A stretch of DNA of 64,000 nucleotides from Candidatus Bathyarchaeota archaeon (GTDB lineage: Archaea; Thermoproteota; Bathyarchaeia; Bathyarchaeales; DTEX01). Shown here in pieces: positions 41,433 to 50,439 of this stretch. The stretch covers positions 128,001-192,000 of the forward strand of contig CAVQNT010000002.1 of NCBI GenBank assembly GCA_963714275.1, written 5' to 3'. Position 1 is the first letter of the stretch. Each line of letters begins with the position of its first letter. Both the position numbers and the translations under genes were made by a program. The notes beneath the pieces were generated by a model. The model was not told the DNA's origin, ran no database searches, and was given only the letters and a program-made list of their open reading frames with translations.

Positions 41433-42389
41433 GTGCGAAGGCAGTTAGCAATGTACGACGTCATAATAATCGGTTCTGGACCCGCAGGCTTAACCGCAGC
41501 CATCTACACGAGCAGAGCGGGGCTAAAAACCCTCGTCGCAGCCGGAACCGCGTGGGGCGGACAGCTCATGCTCACAGCTGATGTAGAAAACTTTCCGGGA
41601 TTCAAAGACGGAATCCTCGGACCCGACCTCATGGACAACATGTACAAGCAGGCTGAACGGTTCGGCGCAGAAATCATGTTTGAAGATACCACCGAGGTTG
41701 ATTTTTCAAAAAGACCCTTCAAGGTGAAAGCCGGAGACACAGTGTACGAGGGGTTTTCCGTAATCATTTCAACCGGAGCTTCACCGAAGTGGCTGGGGCT
41801 TGAAAGCGAACAACGTTTAAGGGGCAGAGGAGTCTCAGTCTGTACAACCTGCGACGCGGCTTTCTTCAGGGACAAAGTAGCCGTGGTCGTGGGCGGAGGA
41901 GACACCGCACTGCAGGAAGCCTTAGAACTATCAAGGTTCGTAAGCCAAGCCAAAATTGTCCACAGAAGAAACCAGCTGCGGGCTTCAAATGTTCTTCAGG
42001 AACGAGCCTCCAAAAATCCAAAAATTGAGTTCATCTGGAACAGCATGGTTCAGGAGATTCTCGGCAAAAACCAGGTTGAAGGTGTTAAGCTAAAAAGGAC
42101 AGACACGGGTGAGGAGTCTGAGTTGAAATGCGACGCGGTTTTCGTGGCCATCGGGCATGAACCTAACACTCAGGTTTTCAAGGGGCAGGTTGAACTTGAC
42201 GGAAAAGGCTATGTCGTCGTCAAAGGCGAGACCAGAACAAGCGTCGAAGGAGTCTTCGTAGCAGGCGACGTTCAGGACTACCGATACAAGCAGGCTGTAA
42301 CCGCCGCAGGCGCAGGATGCAAAGCTGCGTTAGACGCCCAAAGATTCCTTGAAGAAAACATAGAAAACAGTTTCATATACACTGCCTAA
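41433..42389 (+). CDS. trxB: Thioredoxin-disulfide reductase
   Basis: GSGPAGLTAAIY, GVSVCTTCD, GGGDTA, AGDV..YKQA. Confidence 0.95.
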   Translation: MRRQLAMYDVIIIGSGPAGLTAAIYTSRAGLKTLVAAGTAWGGQLMLTADVENFPGFKDGILGPDLMDNMYKQAERFGAEIMFEDTTEVDFSKRPFKVKAGDTVYEGFSVIISTGASPKWLGLESEQRLRGRGVSVCTTCDAAFFRDKVAVVVGGGDTALQEALELSRFVSQAKIVHRRNQLRASNVLQERASKNPKIEFIWNSMVQEILGKNQVEGVKLKRTDTGEESELKCDAVFVAIGHEPNTQVFKGQVELDGKGYVVVKGETRTSVEGVFVAGDVQDYRYKQAVTAAGAGCKAALDAQRFLEENIENSFIYTA

Positions 42390-42461
42390 ACAAAAGCTGC
42401 AAATGCATAATTCATCTTGATTGTACGAATACTGGATTTTTTAGGGTTTATCGTGTTATTC

Positions 42462-42944
42462 TTACAGTTTGACCCAAAGGTCGAAAATCCACTCGTTGGG
42501 TGGCTTGTTTTCTTGCCAGTTAATATGTTCCTCGTAGCCGTCGACCTAGCCGTATTCCTCCTTCCTGAAACCCACATGTTCACGCTTGCTTTCTTCGAAC
42601 CACGCCCAAAGCTTCTGCCAAGCTTCCCCAATCTTTTTTAAATTCTTGACTTGAAGAACCGCTTAAGACCCTCCGGTGATTTCTTTCAGGTCAACGTCTC
42701 CTTCGGGCTTAACATCCTGCGCGATTGTTAAGAACTCGTAACCGTGAGGCTCCATGTTGTCAGTCGGATACGTATTTCTCCCGAACAAGCAGACGTCTTT
42801 CCTGACTGCTCCGTTGTGTTCAACCCAACCCATGAGTTTTTTGTTTGCGTCCTCCTCAGGCGTTTCGCTGAAGACATGAACATGAGCTGCACGCCTCGGC
42901 TTCAACTCTTCCAGCCTAACCTTCATCTCTTCCAAGTCTATCAA
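42462..42944 (-). pseudogene. GyrI-like small-molecule-binding domain gene with two in-frame stops
   Basis: One frame reads ..FGRN..HGYEF..ITGGS*AVL..IGEAWQKLWAW..YG*VDGYEEH..FDLWVKL*. Confidence 0.7.
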
Positions 42945-43027
42945 CCTCGACCTTTACCATTCTATTAACGAATTTCTTAAAATTTTTGTTTTGCGCTGAA
43001 CCCTAAACAATTCTGGAGATGACCTAA

Positions 43028-44119
43028 TCATGTTGAACCTATGCCGCGGTTGTGCAAGCGTTCGCGTTCCCAAACTGCGAAGTCTAATGGCGGATTCACG
43101 ATTTCTTCTTTCGGCTTCAGGTGAAGTTTCGCAGCGCCGTTTGGGCATCCCGTAACGCAGAGTCCGCATCCTATGCACCGTTTTCGGTCCACAACGGCTA
43201 CGCTATCCTGTTCAGAGATGGCTTTTACTTGGCACCGTTTTATGCATGTTCCGCATCCCACGCATTCGTCGCGGTCAATTTCGGAATAGTAGTTGGCGTA
43301 GGCGACGGAGTTCTGTATGCCCCAATCGTTGATACCTCTGAGAATTCCGCAGCAGCAGCCACAACAATTGCAGACGTACGAAAAATCCTTCATTACGTTG
43401 CTTACAGTGTGTACCAGCCCAATCTTCTCAAACTCGTCCAACAGAGCCAAAGCTTCCTCCTTCGAAACGTCTTCAGGTCTAGGCAGACGCTCATACGCTG
43501 AGAAACTCAGGCAAGTCTTAACTGGGAAACTGCATCTTCGACTTTGAAGAAGGTCTTGCTGCACACGGCAGATGCAGTCCCGAAGACTGAACGTCTTTTG
43601 TGATATAAGCAACGCTTTAACGTCGTCGTAGGGGAGAATCCACTCCGACTTCACTGCAGTTTGCGAAGGAATAACGCGATGCAAAGCAGGCTGTGGCTTC
43701 ATTATTCCCTCCGCTCCACCCTCAGCAAAATATTCCTCGACCAAATGAGCAAACTCATGGTTCATCGTGTGCAACTGCGACTCGAAGAACCCAACGACGA
43801 AAGGCGCCAGTCTAAACAGAGAAACACCATCAACCGCATCATACCAAATTAAGCCACGCCCAGCCATTCCCATCAATACGGTTTTTAGCTTCGCAGTGGT
43901 TTTGCCGACCCGTTTGGCTATATCATCAACAGATTCATATTTACCGCTAAGTTGACTTACCAAAGTAGCCTCCTCAAGCGAGAAAATCATTTTCAGAATG
44001 GCAATCTCAACGCCCGATTTTGTTCTCGGAAACCCGTTAGGAAGCTTGTCCAAAGCATAAGCAAGCTTCTCGTAAGCATCTTCTTTCATGTTAGGTGACC
44101 AATCCTTATTCGAAAACAC
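43028..44119 (-). CDS. 4Fe-4S binding protein with N-terminal helical domain and C-terminal ferredoxin
   Basis: CICR, CNCCGCCC, CVGCGTCIKRC, CIGCGLCVTGC. Confidence 0.85.
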   Translation of the reverse strand: MFSNKDWSPNMKEDAYEKLAYALDKLPNGFPRTKSGVEIAILKMIFSLEEATLVSQLSGKYESVDDIAKRVGKTTAKLKTVLMGMAGRGLIWYDAVDGVSLFRLAPFVVGFFESQLHTMNHEFAHLVEEYFAEGGAEGIMKPQPALHRVIPSQTAVKSEWILPYDDVKALLISQKTFSLRDCICRVQQDLLQSRRCSFPVKTCLSFSAYERLPRPEDVSKEEALALLDEFEKIGLVHTVSNVMKDFSYVCNCCGCCCGILRGINDWGIQNSVAYANYYSEIDRDECVGCGTCIKRCQVKAISEQDSVAVVDRKRCIGCGLCVTGCPNGAAKLHLKPKEEIVNPPLDFAVWERERLHNRGIGST

Positions 44120-44170
44120 TATTAATAAAATCTTGGAAAGCTTAAATCCGTTGCTGCGGATGGAAGTATT

Positions 44171-45349
44171 ATGCCAAGGTTTTCAAGCACACTGGACAAG
44201 GTGCCCAAGTACCCCTTTGCCAGGGTCAGCCAGCTCTCAAGGGAAGTTCAGGAAAGAGACGGAGTAAACGTGGTCAACGTCAGAATTGGGATACCTGACA
44301 AGGAAGCCCCTGAAACAATCAAGAGGCTAATGTCTAAGTTTATTCTCGAAAAAAACTCAACCTTCGGCTACCCGTGCGACACTCACCCAGAGCGGGGAAT
44401 CCCTGAACTTGTGGATGCCATCATCCAGCACTACGATGAGAGACACGGCGCAAACCTGAAACCCGAAAACATCGCTGTCACAAGCTGGACCAAAGAAGCC
44501 CTCCACAACATCGCGCGGCTTTTCGGCGAAGGACGCGGAGTGGTGCCGGTCCCAGTGTATCCCGCTTATGTGGCTGGGATACTGCTTTCAGGCCACGAAC
44601 CGAAGACTGTTCCTACGTCCGAGGAAACGGGCTGGCTTCCGAACATGAAGTTTGAGAAAGAGGACGTCTTCTTCTATTTTTGTGACCCCAACAATCCCAC
44701 GGGTGCCATTGCAAAACGGGAATACTATGATGATTTATTAAAAAAAATGGTTAGGCACGACATGGGAGGCATATTCGACAAAGCCTACAAGGATTACACT
44801 TTCGACGAAAACGTGAAGCCCTTGTCCATAACCGAAATTCCAAGCATGATGAACTACGGCTTCGAGGCGGTTTCTCTTTCGAAACACTGCAACTTCGTAG
44901 GCATCGGGCTTGGGTGGATAGTCAGCAGCAAAAACAACATAGACAGATGGCTCAAGCTCTCAAGCCAGTACAGCCAAGGCGTCGCATGGTACGAACAGAA
45001 AGCAGGCGTCGAAGCCCTCACGAATCCCGACGTAAAAAAGGAAATCAGGGACTACATGCAAGAAGTGAAACAGAGAAAAGACACCTTCGTTAACGGTCTC
45101 AACAAGCTAGGATTCAAATGCAAGCCACCAAAAGCGACTCCGTACCTGTTCCCAAGGATTCCAGAAGCGTTCAAAGACAACGACGAACATTTCGCTCTGA
45201 AGACACTTCTGGAAAAAGCGCACGTCGCAACGATGCCTGGCTCCTATTTCGGGGAAAGTGGCAAAGGACACATCCGGGTCACATTGTTCCAGCCTAAACC
45301 CGTGATTGAGGAAGCCCTCAGAAGAATAGACGAAATTCGAGACTGGTAA
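44171..45349 (+). CDS. PLP-dependent class I/II aminotransferase (LL-DAP aminotransferase-like)
   Basis: KYPFA, IGIPD, PVYPAY, DPNNPTG, DKAY, SLSK, PGSYFG. Confidence 0.85.
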   Translation: MPRFSSTLDKVPKYPFARVSQLSREVQERDGVNVVNVRIGIPDKEAPETIKRLMSKFILEKNSTFGYPCDTHPERGIPELVDAIIQHYDERHGANLKPENIAVTSWTKEALHNIARLFGEGRGVVPVPVYPAYVAGILLSGHEPKTVPTSEETGWLPNMKFEKEDVFFYFCDPNNPTGAIAKREYYDDLLKKMVRHDMGGIFDKAYKDYTFDENVKPLSITEIPSMMNYGFEAVSLSKHCNFVGIGLGWIVSSKNNIDRWLKLSSQYSQGVAWYEQKAGVEALTNPDVKKEIRDYMQEVKQRKDTFVNGLNKLGFKCKPPKATPYLFPRIPEAFKDNDEHFALKTLLEKAHVATMPGSYFGESGKGHIRVTLFQPKPVIEEALRRIDEIRDW

Positions 45350-45416
45350 CACCCATAGTTTGTTAGGAAGCCAGAGTAACGGCGTCATTTTAATCAGTAA
45401 AGAAGGAACATTGCGG

Positions 45417-45614
45417 ATGGCTCAAACGGGATTCAACGCTCATCTCGAATGGATCAGGTCAGCTGAAAAAGCAGTCAAAGAAGGCAATTACGAGTCCGCA
45501 GCCCGACTTTTCCTTCACGTCAGCACGTACTATGGCGTCGTCAACGATGAACCCAACAGAAAGCCAGCTCACTGGCTTGACCTACGCAATCTGCGAATCG
45601 GCATGTCTCGGTAA
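45417..45614 (+). CDS. Short hypothetical protein, TPR-like helix pair, possibly truncated
   Basis: AEKAVKEGNYESAARLF helical pattern. The sequence after about 45560 looks unrelated. Confidence 0.3.
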   Translation: MAQTGFNAHLEWIRSAEKAVKEGNYESAARLFLHVSTYYGVVNDEPNRKPAHWLDLRNLRIGMSR

Positions 45615-45703
45615 ACCTGTCAATGTCAGCGATGTTGAGAATGGTAAAATATCCAGTTACCAACAGACGATCAACCAAGCTTGGAACATAGACTGAGATG
45701 CGT

Positions 45704-47116
45704 CTATCGCACGAAATAGTCGCCGAGACCGCTTTGCTTTCTCGTTTCTTGCCACTTTGACCTTATTACTTTTATTTTGTCCACGAAGTAGTTCAATTGT
45801 TCGAGCCTCAAATCCTGAGGGTTCACGGTCTTATCTTCCCTGAGTCGCACTTTGTAGGGACGCAGAGACGTAGCCTTGACTGTGCCGACCTTAATGTACC
45901 GATTGCCGTTTAACTGGTAAACTGGCCTTTCCCTGTCGACGTAAAGTTGGTCGCCTTGATACGACACCTCAACAATAACCTCAGGCTTAACCCACAGGTA
46001 CCTGCTGTCTTCGTAAAGTGGCTCAACAAGGTCAAGAATCGGCGAAATCGACGAAATTTGCGCTCCATCCGCCATATCCACAAAACCTCCGTCCGGCGTC
46101 ATCAACGCAATCTTTGCTCCCAAAACTGGTCCCGCGGATTCAGTGATGGGTCCACCGCATACAGGGCATGAGACAATGTTTTTTGTTGAAACCCACAGGT
46201 CATTTTGTGCTTTGTCTTTGAGCAAGCGACCCTTAGGATCGAACCACTCGGACTTTTTTACAACTCCTTCTCTGGCGAGCTTTCTAAGCCACAATGTGTC
46301 AAATTTTGCCCCACACTTTTCGCATATCGGTCGGTCATTACCCGACAATCTGAAGGCAATGATTACTACGTCCAAGGTGTCTCTGAACTTAATCTTGTAT
46401 TCCTCGCCATTCTCTGTGTGCATCACCAACCCTTCGAACCGTCTTTCGCCGACGAATGTGTTCCAAAAATCTTGTATCAACCCATAGGAATTCTGAAAGT
46501 TGCCCTCAACCTCGAGATAGTCCGGAAGATGAACTGCACCGCTGTCGCATCCCTCTTGAAAACCGAAGTCGTCTCGAAGCCTCTTGAACCGTTCAATGTA
46601 CTTTTGTTCTGGCTTATCGAAGCTACCGTCTTCCCCCATTTTTGCATAGTCGAAGACAGCCAGTTTTATTCTGTCCACGTCTTCAACGGAACGGGGATTT
46701 TTGATGATGCTCATGGCATAGTTGAAGTCGGTCATGAAGCTTTTGTCACCAATTTTTCGCACAACGTAGGTTTCCGCTAAAAAAGCAAGGTCCCTGAATT
46801 CTCTCAAATGAGAATTGAAATACTCGATTACTGGGTGTTTTCTGTCGTCAGCCAAAGAAAAGTAGCATCGTCCTCTGGGACCCCAAGCGACGAAGCCGCC
46901 TCTCTTCTCGTTCCACATTACGACCGACAGCATCCCATTGTATTTTACCTGAACAATTCCGCCCATGTCTGACGGAAGAGGTGGCATACGGTCTTTGACA
47001 GCGAAGCCATACTGCGACATAGCAGGCTTCAAGACGCTTAGGCGAGTGCAAAAATCCCTTTCAGAAGTGCCGTTTTCGAAATGCTCTTGACCGAAGAACT
47101 TTTGGTTATATCGCAT
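45704..47116 (-). CDS. Divergent ATP-dependent DNA ligase-like protein (NTase + OB fold) with Zn-ribbon insert and C-terminal PIP box
   Basis: Motif I KYNG, Ia RGR, III AE, IIIa VFD, IV EGLV, V YKIK..TLDVVI, VKPEVIVEVSY, VI RLREDK, CxxC..CxxC insert, terminal QSGLGDYF. Confidence 0.8.
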   Translation of the reverse strand: MRYNQKFFGQEHFENGTSERDFCTRLSVLKPAMSQYGFAVKDRMPPLPSDMGGIVQVKYNGMLSVVMWNEKRGGFVAWGPRGRCYFSLADDRKHPVIEYFNSHLREFRDLAFLAETYVVRKIGDKSFMTDFNYAMSIIKNPRSVEDVDRIKLAVFDYAKMGEDGSFDKPEQKYIERFKRLRDDFGFQEGCDSGAVHLPDYLEVEGNFQNSYGLIQDFWNTFVGERRFEGLVMHTENGEEYKIKFRDTLDVVIIAFRLSGNDRPICEKCGAKFDTLWLRKLAREGVVKKSEWFDPKGRLLKDKAQNDLWVSTKNIVSCPVCGGPITESAGPVLGAKIALMTPDGGFVDMADGAQISSISPILDLVEPLYEDSRYLWVKPEVIVEVSYQGDQLYVDRERPVYQLNGNRYIKVGTVKATSLRPYKVRLREDKTVNPQDLRLEQLNYFVDKIKVIRSKWQETRKQSGLGDYFVR

Positions 47117-47198
47117 TGTTCCACACTATTTTTAAATGACTGTCATTTAGACTATTTTACTTTAGCCAACAATAAATCATAGAGAGTTAAGTCAAGTT

Positions 47199-49180
47199 CT
47201 AAAGAGTAAGCAAAATCGGCGCAATGAGCAGCGCAGTCATATTTGTCAGCTTCATGAAAATGTTTAGTGATGGTCCAGCGACATCTTTCAACGGGTCGCC
47301 GACAGTGTCACCAATTACAGCAGCAGCATGTGTGGGGGTACCCTTCATCCAAAAATCTCTCTCAATATGCTTTTTAGCGTTGTCCCACATTCCACCACCA
47401 AACGTGAAGAAAGGCGACAAAAGCGCAGAAGATGTTAGTCCTCCAAGAAGCATGGCACCTAAAGCGTATTTTCCGAGTAGAAGTCCCACGACGATTGGGG
47501 ACGCGATTGCCAGTAGCCCAGGCGCTGTCATCTGTTTAAGGGCGTTTCTGGTGCCTATGTCAACGCATCTAGCGTAGTCAGGTTTTGCTTTGCCTTCAAT
47601 AATGTCAGGATTCTCTTTGAATTGTCTCCGCACCTCGTCGACCATTTGTAATGCCGTTTTTCCTGTAGCCCCTATGGCGAGAGACGAGAAAATGAAGGGA
47701 AGAGTAGCGCCTAACAGTAGCCCAACTATCATGATGGGACTTAAAAGACCTAAGCTAACATTGTAGAGTTTCACAAGTTCCCCGTAAGTGGCAAAAATCT
47801 CGACTGTGGAAACGGTGCCGGACGCCGTGGCAAAAGCTTTCGTGTAAGCCTTAGTCGTGTTACCCAAAGCATCCAACTCTTCAAGCGCTCCGCCGTTGTG
47901 TGTTTTGGCTCCAACCATCTGCGCTATGCCTGCGGCGTTGTCAGTTATGGGTCCAAACGCGTCGCTTGACATTATGATGCCTATCGCGAGGTCCGTGCCG
48001 AGGTTCGCTGCGACTATTCCGTAAAGTGAACCGTTCGTTATGTAATAAGAAAACATTATGGACGACAGCACAAAAAGGATTGGCAAAAACGGGCTTTGAA
48101 AAGCATAAGACAAGCCTGTAATGATGGTGATGGCTGGTCCGCGCTCAGAGGATTCCGCTATGCCCTTCACGAATTTTCCATCAATTCCTGTGTAGTACTG
48201 AACAACAATGCCGACTGCGAGGCTGGCCACCAAGCCACTGACCACCGCGAAAAATATGGTCATGTCATTAAGAAGAACCCAAGATGACACAAAAGTACCG
48301 AGGGCAGCAAAAACCGCGGTTATGAAAAGACCCAAATTAAAGGTGTGAACTGGCTTAGTTTTTTTCAGTTACTTAATGACGAAGACGCCGATGATTGTTG
48401 CCACGATTCCGGAGACTCCGAGCATCAAGGGAAAAAGCAGAGCGTTAGTTCCTTGGGAGCCTAGAAGTATGGTGCCTATGATCATGGCTGTTATGTAGTC
48501 GTCGCTTATGGACTCGAAAAGGTCGGAGCCTCTTCCCGCACAGTCGCCTTCGTTGTCGCCTACTAGGTCAGCGATCACAGCTGGATTACGCGGATCATCC
48601 TCCGGAATACTCTGCTCAATCTTACCAACGATGTCTGCTCCAATGTCAGCAGCCTTAGTGAATATGCCGCCTCCCAACTGAGCGAAAAGCGCTGTCAAGC
48701 TTGCGCCAAAACCATAACCAACAATCATGGCGGGGTCTATATGAAGCAAATAAAGCAGGCTTACCCCAAAAAGGCTCAGCCCCACAACGGACAACCCATC
48801 ACTGCGCCTCCGCTGAAAGCCATCGTAAAAGCCTCCGCGGAAGAGGTCGTCGCCGCATGGGTTGTTCTAACGTTGGTTCTGACCGCAATGCGTAAGCCAA
48901 TGTAAGCTGCAAGTAAAGAAAAGAAGGCACCAAACAAAAACGAAACGACCATGGTCACGTTTCTGAAAAAAAGTGCCAACGGAATAATCAGCAAGGCGAC
49001 AATGATGGCGATGGTTCGGTACTGGCGTCTTACGAAGGCTCGGGTTCCGTCCTCAATGTAATCCGCAATCTCAATCATCTGCGGCGAACCGGCAGGTGCC
49101 TTGCTGATGGACCAAGCTAAATAGGCAACAACGAACATGGCAAGGGCTCCGACAGTCAACGCAAGCCAAGCAAGGTCCAT
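47199..49180 (-). CDS. hppA: Membrane cation-translocating pyrophosphatase, interrupted by one frameshift and one in-frame stop
   Basis: GGGIFTKAADIGAD..IPEDDPRNP, DAFGPITDNA, GNTTKA, WDNAKK, GDTVGDPLKD..GPS. Confidence 0.9.
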
Positions 49181-49296
49181 TTCCCACAGTTGCTCCTGCT
49201 CCTTTCAATAATAATAAGCCTTTTTTTTCTTAAACTAAACGAAAGGAGGTATAAACACCGCCTAATAAACCTAATTAAATTATATTCAAATTGAAA

Positions 49297-49397
49297 TGGC
49301 GGGTCCGCTGGGATTTGAACCCAGGGATCTCCGGCTCCGGAGGCTTGCGCGCTTTTATTGTGGCTCGGCGCCTTTATCCTGGCTGGGCCACGGACCC
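49297..49397 (-). tRNA. tRNA-Arg(CCG) with 21-nt intron at position 29/30 (49345-49365) and encoded CCA
   Basis: GGGTCCG/CGGACCC acceptor stem and GGTTCAAATCC T-loop. Removing AGCCACAATAAAAGCGCGCAA restores the CCGGC-CT-CCG-GA-GCCGG anticodon arm. Confidence 0.92.
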
Positions 49398-49427
49398 GTT
49401 TTGTTTGTCTTTATAATAACATGAAGG

Positions 49428-49934
49428 TTATGTGCTAGTTTCTATTAGTTCCTCGTTAAACCACCACGCCTTTCTTTTACCAGCCTTTTCTCCGCCAAAG
49501 TATTCGATGACGGGTTTTCCAAGTTCCTTTTTAGATCGGCTCATTATCCGTTTTAAGCGGTTGAGGATCAGCCAGCGATTGATTTTTAGGGCTTCCGCCA
49601 GTTCAGGGGTTGTTGCACCGTTGTAGTGGATCAGGTAGTCGACGATATCGTGGTCAATCTTGTCGACGCAGAACGCGTGGGGATTGATTTTTCCTCTTTC
49701 GTAAGTTAAAACCTCAAGGTCGGCTAGACTCTTCTTTATCGCAGAAACATCGTCTTCCGTCTTGCGAATCCTTTCTTCGAGCTCGAGGATTCTGTCTGGA
49801 CGCGGAGTCTTTTGAAGCTTCTCGATTATGGCGTCGCGGATGAGGCTGCTTCTTTCTCCTTCTGGCCAACGCAAAGCCATCTCGTCGTAAATGTCTCGAG
49901 GTATCTTCGCTGAAATTGTAACCGTTTCTGACAT
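49428..49934 (-). CDS. Regulator-like protein: N-terminal RHH, coiled coil, C-terminal wHTH
   Basis: TVTISAKIP..RSSLIRDAI (RHH), GATTPELAEALKINR (HTH). Confidence 0.7.
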   Translation of the reverse strand: MSETVTISAKIPRDIYDEMALRWPEGERSSLIRDAIIEKLQKTPRPDRILELEERIRKTEDDVSAIKKSLADLEVLTYERGKINPHAFCVDKIDHDIVDYLIHYNGATTPELAEALKINRWLILNRLKRIMSRSKKELGKPVIEYFGGEKAGKRKAWWFNEELIETST

Positions 49935-50055
49935 TTTAAACTCTGCACTCTGGGCTTCTTTGTGTCAAGCAATAGGTTTCACTGAAGCCCTATTAAACCT
50001 TAACAGCCAACACAGAAAACAATGCTTGAGCAAAAAAATACGGATTTTTTGGGAG

Positions 50056-50250
50056 TTACCGCGGTATTTTTATGGAAAATTTATTTTTGGACGAAGCCCC
50101 CACGTCAACGTTCATGGGCGACAAAGACAGCTTAGTGCCACACTTGGGGCATTTTCCTTCATGCACCTGCAAAATTTCTTCGGGAGACCTCAGTTCTTCG
50201 CCTTGATACAGAACATAACCACATTGGTGACAGTTAACCTTCTGAGGCAA
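50056..50250 (-). CDS. Small zinc-ribbon protein
   Basis: CHQCGYVLY..CPKCG, TTG start at 50250 after a purine-rich site. Confidence 0.7.
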   Translation of the reverse strand: MPQKVNCHQCGYVLYQGEELRSPEEILQVHEGKCPKCGTKLSLSPMNVDVGASSKNKFSIKIPR

Positions 50251-50439
50251 CTTCCCAACCTCTTTAAGTGGTAATGAACAGAAATAAGGATGACTCTGCC
50301 TAATAAGGACCACGGAAACGCATATTTATCAGCCGCAAAACTAAATAACCACAACTTTAAGAGGCTAACTGACTCACAACCCGTTCTGGATGCCATAAAA
50401 TTGCTATGAAAGGTGCAGGTTTGAAAGAGGAAAACGCAG

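Noticed and set aside
42462-42944. Pyrrolysine or other stop-codon readthrough in the GyrI-like gene
   Set aside because: One stop is TAA, both are single-base changes from expected Tyr/Trp codons, and TAG is used as a normal stop elsewhere
49297-50250. Integrated element at tRNA-Arg
   Set aside because: No integrase and no duplicated tRNA end (att site) seen in the window
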